Assembly (NCBI GenBank): GCA_900317105.1
Contig: ONFP01000005.1
Coordinates: 286-64,285, forward strand
Reading direction: 5' to 3'
DNA from: an uncultured Succinatimonas sp.
GTDB taxonomy: Bacteria > Pseudomonadota > Gammaproteobacteria > Enterobacterales > Succinivibrionaceae
DNA length: 64,000 nt
Shown here: one piece after another, positions 40,777 to 51,237 of the stretch
Position numbering within the stretch: position 1 is the first letter of the stretch
Layout: every line of letters starts with the position of its first letter
Made by a program: the position numbers and the translations under genes
Notes under the pieces: generated by a model
What the model saw: only the letters and a program-made list of their open reading frames with translations
Database searches by the model: none
Told to the model about the DNA's origin: nothing

Positions 40777-41492
40777 TTAATTGCCTCCTCAACAGTAAAT
40801 TTACCTTCTAAAAGAGAGCGGCCTAGAACGACTGATTTAGCTCCTGCTCTGGCAACATTTCTTATATCTTCAAGAGAGGAAATGCCTCCTGAGGCAATGA
40901 TGTCCAGATCTGGGTATTTTGCATATAAGGATGCATACAGGGAGTTGTTTGCCCCCTTCATCATTCCGTCTTTGCTGATGTCAGTTACCAGTACATGTTT
41001 GATATGATATGGTAGATAATGACGCAGAATCTGATCCAGTGTGGTATCAGAAGTTTTCAGCCAGCCGTGAGTTGCAACATAAGGAACATCGTCTGTAAGT
41101 CTTACATCCAGTGCAAGAGTAAAGTGTTCCGCGCCAAACAGCTTTAACCATCCTCTGACTAGATGTGGCTGTTTAACTGCAACTGAACCTACAACTACGC
41201 GTTCTACGCCAAGATCCAGAAGATTTCTGATATCAAATTCTGATCTTATACCGCCTCCCGTCTGAATTGGAACAGGGGAAGCTTTAACAATTTTGCTGAT
41301 TAGGGCTCTCTGTCTTAAAACAGGATCTTTGGCACCATCAAGATCAACAATATGAATAAGTTCGGCTCCCTGATTGGCTGCATCGTAAATTCTCTTTATA
41401 GGATCTACATCAAATATTGTTTTCTGAGCAAAATCGCCTTGTTTAAGACGAACGACGTGACCGCCGGATAAATCAAGTGCAGGGATAATCAA
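40758..41492 (-). CDS. hisA: ProFAR isomerase
   Basis: [36 protein letters not shown]. Confidence 0.96.
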   Translation of the reverse strand: MIIPALDLSGGHVVRLKQGDFAQKTIFDVDPIKRIYDAANQGAELIHIVDLDGAKDPVLRQRALISKIVKASPVPIQTGGGIRSEFDIRNLLDLGVERVVVGSVAVKQPHLVRGWLKLFGAEHFTLALDVRLTDDVPYVATHGWLKTSDTTLDQILRHYLPYHIKHVLVTDISKDGMMKGANNSLYASLYAKYPDLDIIASGGISSLEDIRNVARAGAKSVVLGRSLLEGKFTVEEAIKCWQNA

Positions 41493-41502
41493 TTTTTTGC
41501 TC

Positions 41503-42108
41503 CTAGAAATTCTTAATAAAGTTTGTCAGTAACTGTTCACCTGCTGCGGATGACTTTTCTGGGTGGAATTGAACTCCCATAAAGTTATCCTTTGCAATTG
41601 CTGAAGAAAATTCTGTTCCATAGGTGGTTTTACCAATGGTGTAATCTCCGGTCTGCATTGCAAATGAGTGATCAAAATAGAAAAATGCATCCTGTTTTAT
41701 ATCAGAAAACAGAGGATGATCTGTGTGATTAACTGTATTCCAACCCATATGAGGGAGTCTCAGACCGTCACATTTAAGTTTTACACACCTGGCCTTTACA
41801 ATATCAAGACATTCAATAACACTGTCCTGACCTAAAGGAACTTCCTCTGAATCTGTCGCCTGAATCTGCATTCCAAGACAGATTCCTAAAAGAGGTTTTT
41901 GGGTTTCAAGAATAAAGTCTCTGAGTTTATATTTGTTGATGCCGTCCATTACAGCGGCTGCAGTACCAACACCAGGTAGAACCAGTCTGTCTGCATTCTG
42001 TAGCTCAGAAATCTCAGATGAAACTATGGCTTCATATCCGATTCTTTTAAATGCCTGAACTACTGAATTTAGATTGGCAGATCCTGTGTCAATGATTGAA
42101 ATCTTCAT
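41503..42108 (-). CDS. hisH: IGP synthase glutamine amidotransferase subunit
   Basis: LPGVG, GICLGMQ, PHMGWN, QFHPEKS. Confidence 0.97.
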   Translation of the reverse strand: MKISIIDTGSANLNSVVQAFKRIGYEAIVSSEISELQNADRLVLPGVGTAAAVMDGINKYKLRDFILETQKPLLGICLGMQIQATDSEEVPLGQDSVIECLDIVKARCVKLKCDGLRLPHMGWNTVNHTDHPLFSDIKQDAFFYFDHSFAMQTGDYTIGKTTYGTEFSSAIAKDNFMGVQFHPEKSSAAGEQLLTNFIKNF

Positions 42109-42110
42109 GT

Positions 42111-43214
42111 TTAAAGTTTTCCTTTTGAAGATGGCAGTTCATTTCCTGATCTTGCAAGAGCAACTCTAAGTGCTCTACCGAAGGCTTTGAACAGTGCTTC
42201 TATCTGATGGTGAGCGTTGCCTTCGCTTACATACATGTGAAGGCTTAATCCCATGGCTACAGCCAGTGCGTGGAAGAAGTGAGGCACCATCTGGGCAGAC
42301 ATCTGACCAACCTTATCTCTTGTGAAATCTGCGCAGAAGTCAAATTTAACGTGAGGACGTCCTGAAATATCCAGTGCAACAGTGACATTATCCTCATCAA
42401 GACAGTCTGCAAATACTTTTGCATAGACTTCATCCATAGGCAGCACAAATCCGAATCTACCGATACCTCTTTTATCGCCTAAGGCCTTCAGTAAAGCTTC
42501 ACCTAAGGCTATACCGGTATCCTCTATGGTATGATGGTCGTCAACTTCCAGATCACCTTCAACTTTGGCATCAATGCTGATTCCACCATGAGTGGCAATC
42601 TGATCGAGCATATGGTCGAAGAAGCCGATTCCAGTGTCAAAGTGAGAGCGTCCGCTATGATCCAAATCAACAGTGATTTTAATCTTTGTTTCACGCGTAT
42701 TTCTTTCAACAGTTGCTACTCTTGGAAGAGAACAAAGCTCGTCTGCAATTTTGTCCCAGCCCATGTTTACAGGATCATACTTTATAGGTGTGATCCCCAT
42801 GTTCTGTCCCATCTTTACATCGGATTCTCTGTCTCCAATGAAATAGGATTTTGTTCGATCCCAAGAGGTGTCTTTTAGATAGTTCATTACAAGACCAAGC
42901 TCAGGTTTTCTGCAGCTGCAGTGATCTTCAGGCTTGTGAGGACAGATTAGCACCTGTTCAAAATCAATACCCTGACTCTCCAGGGTATTTAAAATAAGTT
43001 CATGAGCAGGAGTAAAGGTATTAAGAGGGAAAGACTCTGTTCCCAGTCCATCCTGATTTGACACCATAACAAAGGTATATCCTGCAGCCTGAAGCTTAAG
43101 CAGGGCTGGAATCACGTTTTTTTCAAACTTAACCTTAGATAGGGCATCAACCTGATAATCCTCTGGTTCGGTTACCAGGGTTCCGTCTCTGTCGATAAAA
43201 AGGTATTTTTTCAC
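42111..43214 (-). CDS. hisB: Bifunctional histidinol-phosphatase / IGP dehydratase
   Basis: HAD motif [34 protein letters not shown]. Confidence 0.97.
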   Translation of the reverse strand: MKKYLFIDRDGTLVTEPEDYQVDALSKVKFEKNVIPALLKLQAAGYTFVMVSNQDGLGTESFPLNTFTPAHELILNTLESQGIDFEQVLICPHKPEDHCSCRKPELGLVMNYLKDTSWDRTKSYFIGDRESDVKMGQNMGITPIKYDPVNMGWDKIADELCSLPRVATVERNTRETKIKITVDLDHSGRSHFDTGIGFFDHMLDQIATHGGISIDAKVEGDLEVDDHHTIEDTGIALGEALLKALGDKRGIGRFGFVLPMDEVYAKVFADCLDEDNVTVALDISGRPHVKFDFCADFTRDKVGQMSAQMVPHFFHALAVAMGLSLHMYVSEGNAHHQIEALFKAFGRALRVALARSGNELPSSKGKL

Positions 43215-43215
43215 A

Positions 43216-44289
43216 CTAAATCTCCAGACTCTTCAGGTAACGCATCAGCTCTTCAAGCTCGGCATCAGAACCAATGGAGATGCGGACACAGTTCTTTAAG
43301 CCAGGTTTTGTTTCAAAGGAACGTAGAATAACCCCCTTTTGAACCATTGCATCGAAAACCTTTGGCCCATCCCTGAATTCAACCAGAATGAAGTTGCCAA
43401 CAGACTCAAATGTCTTAACAACAAAAGGCAGAGTATTCAGAGCTTCTTTGAGTTTTAGTCTTCTTTCATTGCACTTGGCTACTCTGTCACGTGTCATTTC
43501 CACACCGTGATCAGACAGGGCCTGAACCGCAATCTGAGCCACAGGATCTGCAATTGGGTAAGGATCTATTACCTTTAGCATTGCCTTAATAATGTTTTCA
43601 TTGGCAATAGCAAAGCCACAGCGAATACCTGCCAGAGCAAATGCTTTTGAAAGAGTTCTTGTTACAATCAGATTCTCGTAATCTTTTACCATTGAGGTGT
43701 AATCGTCAGACTCAGATGCAAACTCAATGTAGGCTTCGTCCATTACAATCAGTGTATCTGGCAGTGCTTTTAGCAGTTTTTCAAGTTCTGACTTTTCAAA
43801 GATATTTCCTAATGGATTGGCAGGAGAGTCGATAAACACAGCTTTGATTTTGAATGAACTGCTGTTTACTGCATCAATCAGTGCCTGAGCCTTTAGAGAA
43901 AAATCAGCTTCTCTTTTTGCAGTTGCAACCAGTACGTTATTAGTATTAGCCGCAACTTCATACATACCATAGGTTGGCGGAGCAATAAGAATTCCCTCTG
44001 TACCAGCTTCGCAGAAGGTTCTGATTATAAGTCCTATAACTTCATCTGAACCTCTGGCTGCAAGTACCATTGATTTGTGAACACCTGCATAATCTGCATA
44101 TCTTTCTATTAAATCTTCAGGCTGACAGTCTGGATATCTGTTGAGAGTTGATGAATTTAAAAAGTAGCCTTCTGATTTAGGAGATTCGTTTGCATTGAGG
44201 AAGTTATGACCATGACCACCAATACGACGAGCTGATAAATATGGGACAAGCTTCTGTACGTGTTTGGTAATTATTTTTTCAAAGTTCAT
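43216..44289 (-). CDS. hisC: Histidinol-phosphate aminotransferase
   Basis: [29 protein letters not shown]. Confidence 0.96.
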   Translation of the reverse strand: MNFEKIITKHVQKLVPYLSARRIGGHGHNFLNANESPKSEGYFLNSSTLNRYPDCQPEDLIERYADYAGVHKSMVLAARGSDEVIGLIIRTFCEAGTEGILIAPPTYGMYEVAANTNNVLVATAKREADFSLKAQALIDAVNSSSFKIKAVFIDSPANPLGNIFEKSELEKLLKALPDTLIVMDEAYIEFASESDDYTSMVKDYENLIVTRTLSKAFALAGIRCGFAIANENIIKAMLKVIDPYPIADPVAQIAVQALSDHGVEMTRDRVAKCNERRLKLKEALNTLPFVVKTFESVGNFILVEFRDGPKVFDAMVQKGVILRSFETKPGLKNCVRISIGSDAELEELMRYLKSLEI

Positions 44290-44303
44290 ATCATTATCCT
44301 CAG

Positions 44304-45587
44304 TTAAATGTCTTTTACTCTTACAACTACTGCGTTTCTGTGGGCATCAAGTCCCTCTGCAGAAGCCATAGAGGTGACAGTTTTTGCGATTTCCTTTAAT
44401 CCTTCCTGTGAAGCTCTCTGAATGGTATAGCGTCGTCTGTAGTCATCAGTTCCTAATGCACTGAAGGTTTTTGCATAACCATAGGTTGGAAGGGTATGAT
44501 TTGTGCCTGATGCATAGTCTCCTAATGATTCAGGAGTATATGCTCCCACAAATATAGATCCTGCGTTTCTCAGTTTATCAATCAGCTCATCCGGATTATC
44601 AATCTGTAGAATCAGATGTTCTGGAGCATATCTGTTTGATAATTCTGCTGCCTCATCAAGAGTATCAACCACAAGGGCGGTACTCTTTGATAATGCTTTT
44701 TCAGCAATTTCTTTACGAGGTAGCTTTTCAAGCTGTTCCTCTACTTTAAGCATTACCTTCTGCGCAAACTCTTTGCTTAAAGCAATAAGAATTACCTGAG
44801 AGTCTGGACCATGTTCAGCCTGAGATAGCAGATCTGCGGCAATGTATTCAGGATTTGCGCTGTCAGATGCAATTACCAGAACTTCTGATGGACCTGCAGG
44901 CATATCAATTGAAGCTCCCAGAGCATCGTTAGAAACGAGTCTTTTTGCCATGGTAACAAACTGATTACCTGGGCCAAAGATTTTTAGCACTTTTGGTACA
45001 CTCTCTGTGCCGTATGCCATAGCAGCAATAGCCTGTGCGCCGCCAAGATTAAAGATTCTCTTTACTCCAGACTTGGAAGCTGCATATATGATTGCATCAG
45101 AGATAGGAGGTGGTGAACATAGAATTACCTCCGGACACTGAGCAATTTTTGCTGGCACAGCAAGCATTAGCGCTGTTGAAACCAATGGTGCGGAACCGCC
45201 GGGTACATACAGGCCCACAGAATCAATTGGGTGTGTATGTGTCTCACAAACAATACCAGGGAAGGTTTCAATCTTTATATGATGAGGTTTCTGCTCAGAG
45301 TGAAACTTAGCAATATTTTCATAGGCTGTATCAATTGCCTTTTTCAGGTCTGAATCAACTCTTTGACAGGCAGCTCTGATTTCCTCTGCTGTCCATTCAA
45401 TATGTTCTCCCTCGAATTTATCAAGGGTCTTTGAATACTCAAAAAGGGCGGTATCGCCCTCTTTGCGTATTCTGGAAATAATTGATGTTACAATTTCTCT
45501 GATCTTGTCAGATGAGGCCTGAGCTGGTCTCATCAGAGCTTCTGTCTGCTCCTTGGCGCTCAGGTCTTTCCAAATCTTAACTTCCAT
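44304..45587 (-). CDS. hisD: Histidinol dehydrogenase
   Basis: GLYVPGG, KIFGPGN, DMPAGPSE, SQAEH, APEHL, GDYASGTNH.LPT. Confidence 0.97.
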   Translation of the reverse strand: MEVKIWKDLSAKEQTEALMRPAQASSDKIREIVTSIISRIRKEGDTALFEYSKTLDKFEGEHIEWTAEEIRAACQRVDSDLKKAIDTAYENIAKFHSEQKPHHIKIETFPGIVCETHTHPIDSVGLYVPGGSAPLVSTALMLAVPAKIAQCPEVILCSPPPISDAIIYAASKSGVKRIFNLGGAQAIAAMAYGTESVPKVLKIFGPGNQFVTMAKRLVSNDALGASIDMPAGPSEVLVIASDSANPEYIAADLLSQAEHGPDSQVILIALSKEFAQKVMLKVEEQLEKLPRKEIAEKALSKSTALVVDTLDEAAELSNRYAPEHLILQIDNPDELIDKLRNAGSIFVGAYTPESLGDYASGTNHTLPTYGYAKTFSALGTDDYRRRYTIQRASQEGLKEIAKTVTSMASAEGLDAHRNAVVVRVKDI

Positions 45588-45599
45588 TTCTATCCCTTA

Positions 45600-46532
45600 C
45601 TAGCCAAGCATCTTCTCAATTGGAACAACCAGAATAGAGGTAGCTCCAAGAGCCTTTAACTGCTCTAGAGTTTCCCAGAATACCTTTTCTCTGGATACAG
45701 CGTGAAGCGCTACTCTGTCAGTGCTTCCTTCGAGCTCGATAATTGAAGGATTCTCTGCACCAGGAAGAATTGCTCTAATCTGCTCTAGCTTTGCTTTAGG
45801 CGCATTCATCATGATGTATCTGCTTTCAACTGCAGACATAACACCTTTGAATCGCTCTATGATAGTGTTGGCTATAGCCTGTTTCTCTGGGAATAAAGGC
45901 TGATCTCTTCCAATCAGCACTGCCTTTGAAGTGTAAATGGTTTCAACTTCCTTCAGACCATTTGACTGAAGGGTTGCTCCTGTACATACAAGATCACAGA
46001 TCGCATCAGCAAGTCCGGCACGAGGTGCTACCTCTACAGAACCTGTCAGAAGAACAGATCTGAAATTAACTCCTGCTTCCTTCATAACACGGCGGAGCAG
46101 GTGAGGGTATGTGGTTGCAATCTTTTTGCCCTCAAGATCTGCAAGACCATGCCATTCATCTTCTGTTGGAACAGCAATTGACAGTCTGCAGTCTCCAAAA
46201 TTCAGTTTCAGAACTTCATTGAAGCCTGTGTACATTCCGTCTAACTCACGTTGCATGGTGGTTTCTTCAAGAACATTCTGTCCTACAATACCCCAGTCAA
46301 CAACATGATCCATTACAAGACCAGGAATGTCGTCATCTCGTACTCGCAGAATGTCTATAGGCAGATTCTCAGCATGTGCAAGCAGATGATCTTTGTTAGA
46401 GGAAATCTTAATTCCACTGTCTTTGAATAACTTTAATGTTTCATCTGTTAGTCGCCCGGACTTCTGAATTGCAATACGCAGGCGCTTCTTTTCGCTGCCA
46501 TTATTTTCGCAACATGCTTTGCAAGTACTCAT
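45600..46532 (-). CDS. hisG: ATP phosphoribosyltransferase, long form
   Basis: [30 protein letters not shown]-terminal regulatory domain. Confidence 0.96.
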   Translation of the reverse strand: MSTCKACCENNGSEKKRLRIAIQKSGRLTDETLKLFKDSGIKISSNKDHLLAHAENLPIDILRVRDDDIPGLVMDHVVDWGIVGQNVLEETTMQRELDGMYTGFNEVLKLNFGDCRLSIAVPTEDEWHGLADLEGKKIATTYPHLLRRVMKEAGVNFRSVLLTGSVEVAPRAGLADAICDLVCTGATLQSNGLKEVETIYTSKAVLIGRDQPLFPEKQAIANTIIERFKGVMSAVESRYIMMNAPKAKLEQIRAILPGAENPSIIELEGSTDRVALHAVSREKVFWETLEQLKALGATSILVVPIEKMLG

Positions 46533-46569
46533 ATATATCTCTTTAAATTTAAATGAAAAACAATAAGAA

Positions 46570-46589
46570 AAAGTGAATTAAATCACTTT
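46570..46589. promoter_or_regulatory. Palindrome AAAGTGA-N6-TCACTTT upstream of hisG (CRP-like spacing)
   Basis: Perfect 7-bp arms, 38-57 bp before the hisG ATG. Confidence 0.4.
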
Positions 46590-46654
46590 GAACTCTAATA
46601 GTGTAACATAATTACAAATAAAGCAAATATATTGAAAGACTAAAGAAAGGGAGC

Positions 46655-46676
46655 TCCAAAACTGATCAGTTTTGGA
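46655..46676. terminator. Perfect 22-bp palindrome; probable terminator of the binding-protein gene, or an operator
   Basis: TCCAAAACTGATCAGTTTTGGA. Confidence 0.5.
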
Positions 46677-46712
46677 TCTCTGATTATTTTTTTGATCTGA
46701 TATTGAGAAATA

Positions 46713-47543
46713 TTATCTTAAGTTTTCGGCTGTGATTCTGTCTAAGGTTCCATCTGCCTTCCATTTCTTTATGAGCTTATCTATAAACTGTGAAAGATCG
46801 GAGCCTTTTGGAGTGACTATTCCATAAGATTGAGGAGCAAACTCCTCCTTTAGGATTTTTTTATTAACATCCTGATGAGTTAAAAGAACAATTTTGTCGT
46901 TACAGAATCCCTGAACTTCCTCTGAATCCATAGCATTGATTATTGATTCATCTGTATCATAGATGATGAAACTAATCTTATTGTTCCAGGTTTCTGCGCT
47001 GAAATTTTTCTCATCAAAACTGTTTTTTTCAATAATCCCCTTAGAGACCATGTATTTTACAAGCTCAAGAGGAGCAGTTGCGTTTTGAATTACACCAACT
47101 TTTTTTCCAACTAAATCCTTAATTGAATTTATGTTGTCATTTTTGTTTACCAACACAGAAATATTGGTAGAAAAATATGGTGAAGAAATATCATATTTCT
47201 GTTTTCTCTCATCTGTGATGGTGTAGGTACCGATCATGCAGTCTGCATAATCGATTTCTAACATGTTATCTCGATTTGTAGGTGTTGTTGTGATAAATGT
47301 AACCGCAACCTTGTCCCCAATTTCCTTTGCAATCATTTTTGCAATAGTTGGTTCCAGTCCAATATATTCTCCTGTTCTACTGTCCTGCATAGACAGAATT
47401 TCAAGATTATTGTTTACAGACACTCTAAGTTCTTCGTTATCCTTGATTCTTTGTAGTCTACTTTCATCTGCATAGGATGAACTGCATAAAGATAAAGCTA
47501 TAACACAAGCAGAAAGAGTTAAAGATAATTTTTTTAACTGCAT
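46713..47543 (-). CDS. Orphan amino-acid ABC substrate-binding protein (family 3, PEB1a-like)
   Basis: Signal peptide; L.RIK..L.V..G.E..IA; TYTITDERK..YD.S.PY; YGI. No permease or ATPase gene adjacent. Confidence 0.85.
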   Translation of the reverse strand: MQLKKLSLTLSACVIALSLCSSSYADESRLQRIKDNEELRVSVNNNLEILSMQDSRTGEYIGLEPTIAKMIAKEIGDKVAVTFITTTPTNRDNMLEIDYADCMIGTYTITDERKQKYDISSPYFSTNISVLVNKNDNINSIKDLVGKKVGVIQNATAPLELVKYMVSKGIIEKNSFDEKNFSAETWNNKISFIIYDTDESIINAMDSEEVQGFCNDKIVLLTHQDVNKKILKEEFAPQSYGIVTPKGSDLSQFIDKLIKKWKADGTLDRITAENLR

Positions 47544-47811
47544 ATTTTTGTCCACCAAACAGACTATACACTAGGTTAAGTGTATGTATATAAAAAACAA
47601 TCGTAAAATATATTTAACAGATTATGTGATGTAGTGCAATAGAATAATGGACAATTACCGAAAGGTTGAACAGACTGCAGGCTAAAACCTGTCTGTTAAA
47701 TTAAAGGCTATATAGAGAGGCAAGAAAATGTCCGTTGGTTCAGAACGTTAGCCTACCACAAGGATATTCGATAATAATACTGTGGTAGAACAAAGATGAA
47801 TCTATGTTTTC

Positions 47812-48357
47812 TTATTTATAGAAATCTGAATGGCTTTTGTTTCTTTTCTTAACAAAGATAGAAAGAAACAGTAACAGGGCAACCAGAGTAGATACTGAGA
47901 AAATAATGAGAATCCAGAATGGCATGCTCTGACCTAGAAATTCCCAGTTCAGCTTATCTGAACATATACCTACAGCTTTAAACATGAAAGGTGCAATTTG
48001 ATCTAATGGAAGAAAATCAGGAAATTCTGTTTTTAACTTACAGGTTGATCCGAAAAGAGAGGATGAATTGTATGCCTGATAATGTTCAAAGGTAACAATT
48101 AAACCTCCGATAGAAGAGGCCAGAAAAGCAGCAGAACAAAGAAATCTAACAACCAGAAAATTAGCAGCAATAGCTCCAATGAATCCAGCAACTATAAATC
48201 CAAGAAAATAAGCTCTTTCATATACGCAGTTTACGCATGGATCTAAGTGAAGATTATATTGAAAATATAAACCACAACCTTCAAAAGCAATGCCTGCCAC
48301 TAACAGTAAGAACCAAAAGAACCTAGAGGCGCAGATTAACTTAACTATCTGGAACAC
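47812..48357 (-). CDS. dsbB: Disulfide bond formation protein B
   Basis: PCVNCVYER (CxxC), second Cys pair, W.FLG.SMP.W. Follows nhaB as in enterobacteria. Confidence 0.92.
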   Translation of the reverse strand: MFQIVKLICASRFFWFLLLVAGIAFEGCGLYFQYNLHLDPCVNCVYERAYFLGFIVAGFIGAIAANFLVVRFLCSAAFLASSIGGLIVTFEHYQAYNSSSLFGSTCKLKTEFPDFLPLDQIAPFMFKAVGICSDKLNWEFLGQSMPFWILIIFSVSTLVALLLFLSIFVKKRNKSHSDFYK

Positions 48358-48505
48358 ATTAACTCCTAAATTGTGTGGAAATTATCCTTACCTGCCAATA
48401 ATATCACTTTCTACTACTTATAGATTAGAAGATCATTTTTTTATTACAAATTAAAGAGTTGTAAATTTCAACAAAAACTTGATACAGATTACAAATTTTG
48501 GATAG

Positions 48506-48541
48506 AAAAAACCCGTTATCAATCAGGTAATCAATAACGGG
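48506..48541 (-). terminator. nhaB terminator
   Basis: CCCGTTAT/ATAACGGG with T-tract on the minus strand. Confidence 0.7.
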
Positions 48542-48571
48542 CTCCATACTGAGTTAGTATGAGGAATTTAA

Positions 48572-50146
48572 TTATTTGCCTAGGATTAGTTCAACTGTAG
48601 GCATATGCAGTATTCCATTTGACACGAACCACTCTGATGCGATTGGCATTAGGAACCAGGTAGTTAAAAGACCTACAACAGTTAGAACAATAGTATAAGG
48701 GAGAGCCATATACATCATCTTAAAGTAAGGCAGTTTGATTAGTGCTGCAATTGGAGATGTAAGCAGGAACAGGAATGCAGCCTGTCCATTTGGTGTTGCA
48801 ACTGATGGCAGGTTGGTACCGGCGTTAATTGCAATGGCCAGCTCATCAAAGTGTTCTGGAGTGATAACTCCATCAACAAGAGCATCTCTTACCTGTTCAA
48901 TATAGATTGTTGCAACGAATACGTTATCTGATACGGAAGAGATAATTCCGTTTGCCATATAGAAGATTGGGATATGCAATTCTCTTGGTGCTGAGAATAC
49001 CCAGTCAATAATAGGAGTGAACAGTCCCTGCTCAGCAATAACAGTTACAACTGTGAAGAATACACATAATAAAGCACAGAATGGCATTGATTCTGTAAAT
49101 GCTTTACCGATAGGTCCTTCAGAGGTTACACCGCATAAAGAGGTAGCTAATACGATAACACTCAGACCGATTAGACCAACTGATGCTAAATGGAAGCCTA
49201 ATGCAAAGATCAGCCATACTACGCACAGACCCTGAATAACCAGATTCAGTTTATCGCGCTTGGTTAATTCTCTTGTCTGATCTTCATCTCTTTTTACCAT
49301 GATTTCGTAAATAGGCTGAGGCATTACATGACCGTATCCGAATAATTTGAATTTCTCAAGCATTACACATGTTAAAAGACCACAGGCTAAAACTGGTAGA
49401 GAAATTGAACACATACGGAATGCATAATCCATGAAGCTCCATTTGCAGACACTACCGATAATTAGGTTCTGAGGCTCACCAACAAGGGTACATACACCAC
49501 CTAATGTTGTACCTACAGCAGCGTGCATTAAAAGACTTCTCAGGAAAGCTCTGAATTCTGTCAGGTTCTGTTTATGTTCATCTGGAACAATATCGTCGTT
49601 GGTACTTACAAGAGCCAGTGCGTTATTATTGGTAATAGTCTTCATGTAAAGCTGGTACAGACCAACACAGGTGGAGATGATAATTGCAAGCACTGTTAAA
49701 GCATCAGCGAATGCAGATAAAAAAGCACTCATGAAACAGAACATGAATGCTAGTTTAATGTTTGATCTTACTTTTACCAGAAGCTTGGTGAAGAAGAATA
49801 GAAGGAAGTCACGAACGAAGTGAATACCTGCGACCATGAACATCAGAAGCATGATTACTTCTAGGTTTGCTTCAATTTCATGAGTAACGTTATGAACATC
49901 GCACATGCCGATAAAGCAGGCTTCAATGACCAGAAGACCGCCCGCTTCAAGAGGGTAGCAGTCAAGAGCCATTGCAAGTGTGAAAATAAATTCCAGCACT
50001 AAAAGCCAACCAGCCACAAACATTGAATAGTGTGCAACGATTGGATTTAATACCAAAAAAGCTATTATTACGTTTTTATACCAGGCAGGAGCATTACCTA
50101 AGAAGTTAAGCACTCCGGCCTTAGCATAGCTTATTGAAGTGTTCAT
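48572..50146 (-). CDS. nhaB: Na+/H+ antiporter NhaB
   Basis: NFLGNAPAWYK, EFIFTLAMAL.CYPL, SDNVFV, NLPSVATPNGQAAFLFLL. Confidence 0.96.
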   Translation of the reverse strand: MNTSISYAKAGVLNFLGNAPAWYKNVIIAFLVLNPIVAHYSMFVAGWLLVLEFIFTLAMALDCYPLEAGGLLVIEACFIGMCDVHNVTHEIEANLEVIMLLMFMVAGIHFVRDFLLFFFTKLLVKVRSNIKLAFMFCFMSAFLSAFADALTVLAIIISTCVGLYQLYMKTITNNNALALVSTNDDIVPDEHKQNLTEFRAFLRSLLMHAAVGTTLGGVCTLVGEPQNLIIGSVCKWSFMDYAFRMCSISLPVLACGLLTCVMLEKFKLFGYGHVMPQPIYEIMVKRDEDQTRELTKRDKLNLVIQGLCVVWLIFALGFHLASVGLIGLSVIVLATSLCGVTSEGPIGKAFTESMPFCALLCVFFTVVTVIAEQGLFTPIIDWVFSAPRELHIPIFYMANGIISSVSDNVFVATIYIEQVRDALVDGVITPEHFDELAIAINAGTNLPSVATPNGQAAFLFLLTSPIAALIKLPYFKMMYMALPYTIVLTVVGLLTTWFLMPIASEWFVSNGILHMPTVELILGK

Positions 50147-50418
50147 ATAGCCTCATGTTTTTCTAAATATGTATTTGATTGAATATAAAATCTTTCTGTA
50201 TCGTAAAAAATAACATTTCTTTAAGGAAAGTTTTATTGTTAGTTTTTTAAGAAACAATATAAAAGACCACCACGATTATATTACGAAAGCATTGATTTTT
50301 TAATAGGTTAAAAGGGCATTTGTCATGCATTTTGAAAATTAATTTAATTTTTTATTTTCTCTGTCCGTAGGAGATGTTTTTTTGCACAAAAAAAGTATGA
50401 CGGGTATTATCCTCTGAG

Positions 50419-50448
50419 AAAAACACATCGCCTAAAGGAAGGCGATGT
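50419..50448 (-). terminator. Terminator
   Basis: ACATCGCCT/AGGCGATGT followed by GTTTTT on the minus strand. Confidence 0.7.
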
Positions 50449-50458
50449 CAAAGAAAGA

Positions 50459-51232
50459 TTATTTGTTTAAATTGTTTTCTGCATCTTTGCCGCTTACAGA
50501 TCTTAGTGATAGTAAATTAAGTATGTAGTAGAGAATGTATAGGATATATATTCTTATAAAAAGATAAACATAAACAGGATCAAATGCTCCATCTTTTTTA
50601 AGAATTACAGACTCAAGATACATGATCTTGTAGTAAGCGAATCTGTTTTCAATAATCATTGCCAACACATAGAAAAGAACAAATATCAGTATGTAAAGGT
50701 GAAAATTTTTCATAAAAGCTTCTAATGTCAGCTTCAACTTACTGATGTTATTCAGCGGATCTATATGTTTTGCCGTACATATAAAGGAAAATGTTGCAAT
50801 TAGTACTGTTAGAACAAAAATGCAAATTGCACTTATACCAAAAAGGTAAGACATGTTTCTTGCGTACTCTATCTGTTCCGGAGTGGCAATTTGCAGTACC
50901 TGATTATTAAGCGCTTTCTCCTTATAAATCTCCAGATATAGTTCTGCTTTACTGGAAATGCATTTGTACATTACATACAGGAAGGAAAAATACACCAACT
51001 GCGTAATTAAAAATATTCTGATACTGAAGATTTCTCTGAATTTTTTTAATGTTGCGTAGTTCTGTTTTGAGAACTCCGTGTAGTACAGATTTGCTGCAAT
51101 GTTAGGAAAGAAAACAGCCAAAGGCAGTAGAAGAAGTCCTATTAGAGGATGTTTTACAGCATTGACAACAGCTGAAAAAATGCCGCCCACAGCGACAGCA
51201 TGTGGGCGGATAGATTTAATATTTTCTGTCAT
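50459..51232 (-). CDS. Hypothetical multi-pass membrane protein (~257 aa)
   Basis: About 5 hydrophobic segments. Likely ATG at 51232, 5 bp after the upstream stop; the longer ORF-track start overlaps the upstream gene. Confidence 0.7.
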   Translation of the reverse strand: MTENIKSIRPHAVAVGGIFSAVVNAVKHPLIGLLLLPLAVFFPNIAANLYYTEFSKQNYATLKKFREIFSIRIFLITQLVYFSFLYVMYKCISSKAELYLEIYKEKALNNQVLQIATPEQIEYARNMSYLFGISAICIFVLTVLIATFSFICTAKHIDPLNNISKLKLTLEAFMKNFHLYILIFVLFYVLAMIIENRFAYYKIMYLESVILKKDGAFDPVYVYLFIRIYILYILYYILNLLSLRSVSGKDAENNLNK

Positions 51233-51237
51233 ATTTT

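Noticed and set aside
46533-46712. hisL leader peptide
   Set aside because: No run of CAC/CAT codons on the minus strand.
47625-47790. Lysine riboswitch or T-box
   Set aside because: Lacks AGAGGUGC, the loop-E/kissing elements and the T-box UGGNACC. Retained only as an unknown structure.
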